In this document: in pieces, positions 1 to 6,710 of the stretch
Position numbering within the stretch: position 1 is the first letter of the stretch
Layout: the number at the start of each line of letters is the position of its first letter
From: an uncultured Bacteroidales bacterium
Lineage (GTDB): Bacteria; Bacteroidota; Bacteroidia; Bacteroidales; JAIPAH01
Reading direction: 5' to 3'
Length of the DNA stretch: 43,630 nt
Assembly: GCA_964345255.1 (NCBI GenBank)
Contig: CAYFQK010000004.1
Coordinates: 1-43,630 of the forward strand
Notes under the pieces: model-generated
Databases searched by the model: none
What the model was told of the DNA's origin: nothing
Seen by the model: the letters and a program-made list of their open reading frames with translations, nothing else
Program-made: the position numbers and the translations under genes

Positions 1-74
1 ATGAGTTTAAATAACCTGGTTCGTAGGTTTTTGATGTCGTGTTTAAGTGCGTGGGTGTTTAAGTGTTTAGGTGG

Positions 75-156
75 GGTGATTGGTTAAATGGTGATTGGTT
101 AATTGGGGATTGGTTAATTGGGGATTGGTTAATTGGGGATTGGTTAATTCGTGATT
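75..156. repeat. 15-bp tandem repeat, consensus GATTGGTTAATTGGG, 5 copies plus a partial
   Basis: GATTGGTTAA recurs at 78, 93, 108, 123 and 138, with a partial GATT at 153. It is preceded by looser GTGTTTAAGT-type units at about 39-70. Confidence 0.95.
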
Positions 157-189
157 CAGAAATAACAAATTAATAAACTATAAGGGTTC

Positions 190-579
190 CTACATCCCGG
201 ATTTGGAGACGAGGTAATCAGCGGTTTTTTCATTCAGCGCAATCGGAACGTTGTTCAGGACAGCTGTACGTATGAGGGTTTGAATGTCATGTTCATGACC
301 ATGCGGATTTTCCACGTCGATGAAGAAAACAATACCGTCGACTTCTCCTTCAAGAATCTTCGCGGCAAGCAGAATATCTCCGCCATTCGGGCCGTGACCA
401 AAAGCTTTTACCCCAAGGTCAAGCACATTATTCAGCAAGGCAGATGTATTACTTGTCCCGATAATCTGGTAATCCTTAAGCGAATCCTTGTGTTGCTTTG
501 CCCACTCCAGCAGCTTATGTTTTTTGGCATTATGAGCCACCAGCGCGATACTTTTTCTTTGGTCTTTTCCCTTTGCCAT
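190..579 (-). CDS. mgsA: Methylglyoxal synthase
   Basis: 129 aa with IALVAHNAKK, GTSNT, GPNGGD, FFID..PHGHEHDIQTLIR and NVPIALN motifs of the MGS family. Confidence 0.92.
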   Translation of the reverse strand: MAKGKDQRKSIALVAHNAKKHKLLEWAKQHKDSLKDYQIIGTSNTSALLNNVLDLGVKAFGHGPNGGDILLAAKILEGEVDGIVFFIDVENPHGHEHDIQTLIRTAVLNNVPIALNEKTADYLVSKSGM

Positions 580-820
580 AGCTTTTTCCTTTAAATCAAT
601 TCACAAAGAAACAAATATCTGATGAGAAAGTCCCCCGCAATTCCCGTATTTATGGTTCAAACGTTTTAAAAGAAGTGCAATCGTGTGAGGAAACATTTGT
701 TATTATACCACCTTTTAATAAACAGCTTAAAAGGTAATAAAAAAATGCCGGAAGGCTTGGTGTGGCTTTTTAATGACTGAGAATGGCAAACACCACTTTT
801 TCTGTTCTGTAAGGTGGGAA

Positions 821-1120
821 TTAATATCTAAGTTTTTGGGGATTTTGACGGTTATCCCAAAATGCATAAAGTTCTATAACCTTATCAGCTTCATTCACGA
901 AATAGAACAAACTGATATGCTTTGTTATTAAAGCCTTACGTATTTTGTGGAACCGGGAAGCTTTGAACTGGTATGGGTTCTTTTCGATTTGCTCTATAAC
1001 CTTGTTTGCCGATCCAACAAAGTTTTGTATTTCTTTTTCGGTCCAGTTGCTTTCTAAATATTTTATTATCTCATCGAAAGTATCTTCGGCCTCCTTAGAC
1101 CACCTGGCAACTAAAGCCAT
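821..1120 (-). CDS. Type II toxin, RelE/ParE superfamily
   Basis: 99 aa: WSKEAEDTFDEIIKYL, IEKNPYQF, IRKALI, and C-terminal FWDNRQNP. Overlaps the upstream antitoxin by 10 nt. Confidence 0.88.
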   Translation of the reverse strand: MALVARWSKEAEDTFDEIIKYLESNWTEKEIQNFVGSANKVIEQIEKNPYQFKASRFHKIRKALITKHISLFYFVNEADKVIELYAFWDNRQNPQKLRY

Positions 1121-1344
1121 TGCTTATATTTTTTCATTACTTCAGAATGAGGTCTTGTCTCACCTCTTTTGGCTTGCTCCATGCCTCTTTTTACAGACTC
1201 CTGAACACTTAATGGTAATTCGTCCCAAAAGTCACCTTCTTTAACCTCCTTGCTTAATATGGCTCTTATAGCATTTAATATAGTTGTATCCTCCACCTTG
1301 TCGATTAAGTTGTGCAGATCTGATTTTAATTCTACATTATTCAT
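1111..1344 (-). CDS. Antitoxin (addiction-module component) cognate to the RelE/ParE toxin
   Basis: ELKSDLHNLIDKVED..DFWDELPLSVQESVKRGMEQAKRGETRPHSEVMKK pattern. Start moved from 1371 to ATG 1344 because a TAATTTTG promoter element lies at 1369-1376. Confidence 0.8.
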   Translation of the reverse strand: MNNVELKSDLHNLIDKVEDTTILNAIRAILSKEVKEGDFWDELPLSVQESVKRGMEQAKRGETRPHSEVMKKYKQWL

Positions 1345-1368
1345 AGCTTTCTTTATTTTTATCCTATA

Positions 1369-1376
1369 CAAAATTA
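1369..1376 (-). promoter_or_regulatory. Bacteroidota sigma-A -7 element (TAATTTTG) for the TA operon
   Basis: Matches TAnnTTTG on the minus strand, about 25 nt before the antitoxin ATG. Confidence 0.6.
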
Positions 1377-1644
1377 CATAAAAACAAGGCTTTATACATA
1401 AACTGCATAAAAATCCAGCCAGCTAAAGCTTTTGCGCGTATTGTTAGGCTGGCAATACAGTAAATACCGTCTGTGACTCATGGAAAACATGGTTAAAAAT
1501 TGACTCAAGTTTTAGAGCGTCTGGAAGCAACAAACTTCAAACAGGTGTATTTTACAACGAAGCGCAACTATTTAAAATCAATATAAAAAGACATAAGTAC
1601 TTGCTTATTATTATTGTCCTAAGCATGATATCATAGCTCTCTAA

Positions 1645-1851
1645 TTAAAATCTAAAGCTGAAAGTAACGGTATTGAATGGACTTTTCTGGGGTCAAAGGA
1701 TTCTGATCGCCGAACGTTACGATCTTATGATGCAGGTGGCGTTCCAAAATTTATATTGATTTCCCCGGTGCGTAAAATCGTCTACTCCTGGAAATTGGGC
1801 TATGATAAAGGGTTGCTCACCGAAAAAGTAGAGGAGTACTTAGGTTCGTAA
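1645..1851 (+). pseudogene. C-terminal remnant of a TlpA/thioredoxin-like disulfide reductase
   Basis: Start-less open frame LKSKAESNGIEWTFLGSKDSDRRTLRSYDAGGVPKFILISPVRKIVYSWKLGYDKGLLTEKVEEYLGS*. It resembles the TlpA tail (I.W, Y...GVP..ILI.P...I). No CxxC; in-frame stop at 1642-1644. Confidence 0.65.
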
Positions 1852-2005
1852 ACTGAATGGGTTTTATCCGAAATATTTTCTGTAGATCCCTTTGAAATCC
1901 AATGCTTTATTAAGTCACTAATTAACCAGTCAACCAATTACCTAGCCAGCCTTTATACCGTAACAAGCGGTAAGTCAAATTCCAAAACGAAAATTGCTGT
2001 AAACT

Positions 2006-2036
2006 AAAAAAGGCCACTCTTTTGAGCAGCCTTTTT
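2006..2036 (-). terminator. Intrinsic terminator of the hydrogenase operon
   Basis: Minus strand GGCTGCTC-AAAA-GAGTGGCC-TTTTTT (8-bp stem with two G-U pairs), about 25 nt after the hydA stop. Confidence 0.85.
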
Positions 2037-2059
2037 CTTTTGCTATGCTGTGTATCTGA

Positions 2060-3859
2060 TTAATACCGTTTTCTCGGCTTGTAGTGGGTATGTAGCAGGT
2101 CATGGGATTTATGACTCAGCGGTTCACCAAGAAAGTCGCTGTAAATAGCCTGAATTTCAGGGTTCTCATGAGACTTTCTTACCGGCATATCCGAATCCTC
2201 TTCATAAATCGCTTTGGCTCTTGCTTCTCTGATTTCAGGACTGGTCGGGATGGGTTGTCCGCCACCGCCGAGGCAACCACCGGGGCAGCCCATGACCTCG
2301 ATGAAATGGTATTCTTTTTCACCGGATTTTACGGCCTTCATCAGTTGCTTGGCATTAGCAAGTCCATGAGCTACAGCTACTCTCAAAGTAGCTCCCTCAA
2401 GGAAGTTCCACTCAGGTTTGGCTCCTTTCACAGTGATTTCAGCTTCGCGAACACCTTCCATACCACGAACCGGCATAATATTAAGGTTTTTGAAAGGTAC
2501 CTCTTCGCCTGTTACGATTTCGTAAGCTGTACGCAGGGCCGCTTCCATTACCCCACCGGTAGCTCCGAATATTACGGCTGCTCCGGTTGATTTACCCATG
2601 ATGCTGTCGTAGTTTTGCTCTTCCATGCTTTCAAACTCAATTCCTGCTTGTTTTACCATCATTGCGAGTTCGCGTGTGGTAAGAACATAGTCTACGTCCT
2701 GGTACCCACTGGCTCGCATTTCAGGTCGTTCTGCCTCGAACTTCTTCGCCGTACAAGGCATGACGGAAATTGATGCAACATTCTCTGCTTTTAACCCTTT
2801 CTTTTGAGTATAGTAAGTCTTGGCCAATGGCCCGAACATTTGTTGCGGGGATTTACATGTAGATAGGTTTGGCAGCAGTTCGGGGAACATGTGTTCCTGG
2901 AATTTAATCCATCCCGGAGAACAGGATGTCATCATTGGTAACGAAGTACTCTCATCCTTATCCACCAGTGCCTTTTTCAGGCGGGTAAGTAATTCGGTAC
3001 CTTCTTCCATGATTGTAAGGTCAGCCGCAAAATCGGTGTCCAGAACAGAATCAAAACCTATAGCTTTTAATGAGGAAACCATTTTTCCGGTTACCCTCTG
3101 TCCAGGGGCGACCCCGAGGTCTTCTCCCAGTCCTATACGAACTGCGGGAGCGGTTTGGACAACAGTATGAATACTCGGATCGTTGATGGCATCCCAGACT
3201 TTATCAATATAAGCTCTTTCGGTGAGAGCACCTGTTGGACATCTGTTCACACATTGTCCGCAGTTGGTACAAACCACGTCATCCAGTGGTTTGTTCAGGA
3301 ATGTGGAAACCCGTTGTTCATCTCCCTTATTAACCACTGCCAATGCGCTGACGGCTTGTAGTTCGGCACAGGTTCTGACGCATCGCTGACAGCGGATGCA
3401 TTTACTGTCATCTTTTTGGATAGAAGGTGATGAGATATCAGGAATTTTATCCTCTTCGTGGACTAAATCCAGGAATACGTGGTCACCAACACTATATTCA
3501 GAAGCTAGCTCCTGAAGTTCGCATTTGCCGTTTTTGATACATTTTGTACAATCGGCATTATGCTCTGAAAGGAGCAATTCAAGCACATGTTTTCTTGCTT
3601 CCCTTACTTTAGCGCTGTTGGTGTGGATTTCCATCCCTTCGGAAACCGGAGTGGCACACGAAGCAACCAGGTTACGGGCTCCTTTTTGCTCCACGACGCA
3701 TACTCTGCAATTCCCCGCCACCTGCAGGTCGGGATGGTGACATAATGTGGGTATCTTGAATTTCAGCTTTCGGGCGGCATCCAGGATTGTGGTTCCTTCC
3801 TCGACGGATACCGGTTTATTGTTAACCGTTAGATTGACTAAATATTTATTTTTACTCAT
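2060..3859 (-). CDS. hydA: [FeFe]-hydrogenase group A catalytic subunit (HydA/HndD-like)
   Basis: H-cluster motifs TSCSPGW, MPCTAKKFE and EVMGCPGGCLGGGGQP. N-terminal 2Fe-2S (CHHP..CRVC..C), His-ligated 4Fe-4S (HNADCTKC..C), and two 4Fe-4S (CIRCQRCVRTC, CTNCGQCVNRCP). Confidence 0.97.
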   Translation of the reverse strand: MSKNKYLVNLTVNNKPVSVEEGTTILDAARKLKFKIPTLCHHPDLQVAGNCRVCVVEQKGARNLVASCATPVSEGMEIHTNSAKVREARKHVLELLLSEHNADCTKCIKNGKCELQELASEYSVGDHVFLDLVHEEDKIPDISSPSIQKDDSKCIRCQRCVRTCAELQAVSALAVVNKGDEQRVSTFLNKPLDDVVCTNCGQCVNRCPTGALTERAYIDKVWDAINDPSIHTVVQTAPAVRIGLGEDLGVAPGQRVTGKMVSSLKAIGFDSVLDTDFAADLTIMEEGTELLTRLKKALVDKDESTSLPMMTSCSPGWIKFQEHMFPELLPNLSTCKSPQQMFGPLAKTYYTQKKGLKAENVASISVMPCTAKKFEAERPEMRASGYQDVDYVLTTRELAMMVKQAGIEFESMEEQNYDSIMGKSTGAAVIFGATGGVMEAALRTAYEIVTGEEVPFKNLNIMPVRGMEGVREAEITVKGAKPEWNFLEGATLRVAVAHGLANAKQLMKAVKSGEKEYHFIEVMGCPGGCLGGGGQPIPTSPEIREARAKAIYEEDSDMPVRKSHENPEIQAIYSDFLGEPLSHKSHDLLHTHYKPRKRY

Positions 3860-3893
3860 GACTTTTCGTTTTGAGGTTCTTAAAAAGGTTTAA

Positions 3894-5069
3894 TTAGTAG
3901 ATGATTTCCTCTCTGAAATTGTCTACAATCGAGTTAAACGGATTAGCCACAGATTGACCTAATCCACACTTTGCCGACATATTCATGTTGGAAGCCAGCT
4001 TTTTCAGATCCTCCAGGTAAGAAGGTTTTCTTTCCCCTTTCTTGACTGCCTCAATGCCTTTGAGCAATTGCTGGCAACCAACACGGCATGGGGTACATTG
4101 TCCGCAGGATTCCTCGGTGAAAAATTCCAGGTAGTCATGCAAAACGTTGTACATAGAGCGTGTACTGTTGAAAATCATCATTGAACCACCGGTGGGGATT
4201 CCTTCAAAGCCTATTATCGTATCCTCGAAATGTTTTCGTGGAACACATTGACCTGAAGCTCCTCCAACCTGAACTGACTTGGTATCGCCGTCGCCAAACT
4301 CTTCTACGAAAGTGCCCAGCGACATCCCCAGCTCCAGCTCGTAAATTCCGGCAATGGGCGTGTCTCCTGATACAGAGAATACTTTAGAACCTCTGGAATC
4401 TTTCGTTCCCAGCTCTTTGAATTTATCCGCTCCCAGGTTACAAATCATAGTGGTGTAAACCAGGGTTTCCACATTGTTTATGACGGTTGGCTTAGCGTTA
4501 TAGCCTTCCGTAGTGGGGTAGGGGGGCTTGTTTCGTGGTTCGCCGCGTTTCCCTTCCATTGATTCGAACAGGGCGCTTTCTTCGCCACATATATAAGCTC
4601 CGCTTCCGGACTTGATACTGATGGTAAAGTCAAGATTCCTATCTTTCAGCTGTTTATTGAATTTATCCAGCTTTTTATTCAAATCTTTCAGAAGGAAATT
4701 ATATTCCCCTCGCAGGTAGATAAAACCTTCTTTAGCGCCGATGGAATATCCGCAGATTGCCATGCCCACAAATACTTTTTCCGGGACGCGGTCGAGGATT
4801 TCGCGGTCTTTGAATGTTCCGGGCTCCCCTTCATCGGCGTTACAAATGACGTATTTTGGTTCAGCATTTTCGTTTTTCGTGAATTTCCACTTCAGTCCGG
4901 TGGGAAATCCGGCACCGCCACGGCCTTTAAGGCCTGAATCGATTATGTCCAGGATAATATCGTCCGGCTTTTTTTGAATAGTTTTGTCCAGTACATCCAA
5001 AGGCTGGCATTCCTGGCATTCAAAAATTATATCGACTTTTTTAAATTTTTTCGCTTCTACAGTTTCCAT
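3894..5069 (-). CDS. hydB: NuoF-like FMN/NADH-binding hydrogenase beta subunit, short form
   Basis: GLKGRGGAGFPTG, CNADEGEPGTFKDR, GAYICGEESAL, INNVET, and ESCGQCTPCRVG..C. 391 aa with no C-terminal ferredoxin domain. Confidence 0.95.
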   Translation of the reverse strand: METVEAKKFKKVDIIFECQECQPLDVLDKTIQKKPDDIILDIIDSGLKGRGGAGFPTGLKWKFTKNENAEPKYVICNADEGEPGTFKDREILDRVPEKVFVGMAICGYSIGAKEGFIYLRGEYNFLLKDLNKKLDKFNKQLKDRNLDFTISIKSGSGAYICGEESALFESMEGKRGEPRNKPPYPTTEGYNAKPTVINNVETLVYTTMICNLGADKFKELGTKDSRGSKVFSVSGDTPIAGIYELELGMSLGTFVEEFGDGDTKSVQVGGASGQCVPRKHFEDTIIGFEGIPTGGSMMIFNSTRSMYNVLHDYLEFFTEESCGQCTPCRVGCQQLLKGIEAVKKGERKPSYLEDLKKLASNMNMSAKCGLGQSVANPFNSIVDNFREEIIY

Positions 5070-5106
5070 AAAAAACTCTTTTTAAAGGATTAAACATGAA
5101 TTCGAT

Positions 5107-5577
5107 TTACTTCGCCTTTTGAGCGTATTCCTGAACGATTTCCAGGGCCTTATCCACAGTTAGTTCAGGATAAACATCATCATTGACGAGCATTACGGGG
5201 CCTTTGTGACACCATCCGAGGCAATTGGCCGTAAGAAGGGTAAATTTCTTGTCGGAGGTGGTTTCACCCACATTGATATTTAACTCCTTTTCAAGAGCTT
5301 CTATGATTTCATCTTTGCCTTTCATGTGGCAAGTGATGGTTTTGCAAATTCGGATGACATTCTTTCCGCGGGGAATCGTATCCAAAAATGTGTAGAATGA
5401 AGCTGTACCGTAAACTTCCGCTGAAGATAAATCCAGCGCCTCGGCTACTTTTAGCATTGCTTCTTCTGATAGCATGCGATCTTCCTGCACTATCCCCTGT
5501 AGGATAGGCATCAGGCTGTTTTTGCTATCGCCGTGCTTTTTAACCAGGTCTTTGATTAAAGCATCTGTGTTTGACAT
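5107..5577 (-). CDS. hydC: NuoE-like 2Fe-2S hydrogenase gamma subunit
   Basis: VYGTASFY, CKTITC and CLGWC..GP motifs; first gene of the operon. Confidence 0.95.
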   Translation of the reverse strand: MSNTDALIKDLVKKHGDSKNSLMPILQGIVQEDRMLSEEAMLKVAEALDLSSAEVYGTASFYTFLDTIPRGKNVIRICKTITCHMKGKDEIIEALEKELNINVGETTSDKKFTLLTANCLGWCHKGPVMLVNDDVYPELTVDKALEIVQEYAQKAK

Positions 5578-5611
5578 CGGTCCTCCTTTTGTTGTTATAA
5601 AGTGTTGTTTG

Positions 5612-5629
5612 TTGTTATTCTGTTAACAA
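5612..5629. promoter_or_regulatory. Rex-type operator 1 (TTGTTA-TTCTGT-TAACAA)
   Basis: 18-bp site with perfect 6-bp inverted arms, matching the TTGTTA-N6-TAACAA form of the Rex operator, 35 nt upstream of hydC. Confidence 0.75.
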
Positions 5630-5639
5630 TAATTGTTGC

Positions 5640-5647
5640 CAAAAATA
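5640..5647 (-). promoter_or_regulatory. -7 promoter element (TATTTTTG) of hydCBA
   Basis: TAnnTTTG on the minus strand, lying between the two operators. Confidence 0.65.
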
Positions 5648-5656
5648 ATAGTTTAA

Positions 5657-5674
5657 TTGTTAATACGGTAACAA
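5657..5674. promoter_or_regulatory. Rex-type operator 2 (TTGTTA-ATACGG-TAACAA)
   Basis: Second 18-bp site with identical arms and a different spacer, 45 bp from the first. Confidence 0.75.
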
Positions 5675-5785
5675 TAATGAAATAAATTCTGTCAATAAAA
5701 GAATTTCTATTTAGATTAATTCTAATCACCGATAAATAAACATATAGTAATTTGTTGGTACATTTGGTTATTTTAGAAAATTATA

Positions 5786-5793
5786 TATATTTG
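5786..5793 (+). promoter_or_regulatory. -7 promoter element (TATATTTG) of truA
   Basis: TAnnTTTG, 20 nt before the ATG. Confidence 0.6.
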
Positions 5794-5813
5794 TCTGTTT
5801 TGTATAAGAAGAT

Positions 5814-6578
5814 ATGGAGAAACAAAGGTATTTTATCAAACTTGCCTATAACGGAAAGAACCATCATGGATGGCAGATACAACCCAACTCTGATACTATT
5901 CAGGGGGTTATGAATCACGCAGTAGGCCTTATTATTCGTCAGGATGTAAATTTAATAGGAGCAGGCCGGACAGATACCGGCGTACATGCGCGTGAGTTTT
6001 ACGCTCACTTTGATTCAGGGCAATCCCTTGGCAGTGAGGAAGAAAGGGCACAGCTGGTTTTCAAGCTCAACAATTTTCTCCCCAAAGAGATAGCCGTTTA
6101 TGATATCTTTCCTGTTGGCCAAAAGGCACATGCACGATTTGATGCCACTGCCCGCACGTATAAATATTATGTGTCGAAAATAAAAGACCCCTTTTGCTAT
6201 GATACCACTTATTATTGTCATGGCTCTTTGAATGTGGAGCGCATGAACGAGGCAGCGCGAATATTATTTTCTTATAAGGATTTTACTTCATTTTCAAAAA
6301 GTAATACCCAGACCGAAAATAATTTTTGTGATCTTTATCATGCCAAATGGGAAGAAGAAGGTCATAAGCTGGTTTTTACTATCAGGGCCAACCGATTTCT
6401 GAGAAATATGGTAAGAGCCATTGCAGGTACGCTTTTGGATGTGGGACAGAATAAGTTTGAAGTGCTGGAAATGCATCGGATTGTGCAGGACCAGTCGCGC
6501 TCCTCGGCAGGATATTCTGCTCCGGCTCGCGGACTTTTCCTTCATAAAATTGAATATCCTGAGGGGTTGGTCGATTAG
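5814..6578 (+). CDS. truA: tRNA pseudouridine(38-40) synthase
   Basis: AYNG..HHGWQIQ, GAGRTDTGVHA, HARFDA, FLRNMVR and APARGLFL motifs. Confidence 0.97.
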   Translation: MEKQRYFIKLAYNGKNHHGWQIQPNSDTIQGVMNHAVGLIIRQDVNLIGAGRTDTGVHAREFYAHFDSGQSLGSEEERAQLVFKLNNFLPKEIAVYDIFPVGQKAHARFDATARTYKYYVSKIKDPFCYDTTYYCHGSLNVERMNEAARILFSYKDFTSFSKSNTQTENNFCDLYHAKWEEEGHKLVFTIRANRFLRNMVRAIAGTLLDVGQNKFEVLEMHRIVQDQSRSSAGYSAPARGLFLHKIEYPEGLVD

Positions 6579-6710
6579 TGCCTCTAGCCGGATTTTTTCT
6601 GTTTTAGCGCCATTGCATCTTGGCTGCGTGCTGCACCTAACAGCTAAGGAGCTTTTTACCGGGTTTGGTTATGAGTCATCTCTCGCTTACCTGGTGAAGG
6701 TTTAATATGT

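Noticed and set aside
75-156. CRISPR array
   Set aside because: The units are contiguous 15-mers with no unique spacers, and there are no cas genes.
1438-1459. Integron attC site (GTTAGGC within a small hairpin) next to the TA pair
   Set aside because: No matching RYYYAAC inverse core, no cassette array and no integrase.
4231-4245. parS-like TGTTTTCGTGGAACA
   Set aside because: One base short of, and mismatched to, the 16-bp parS palindrome, and it lies inside hydB coding sequence.
3894-5577. Respiratory complex I nuoEF
   Set aside because: These genes are co-operonic with an H-cluster subunit, and no other nuo genes are present.
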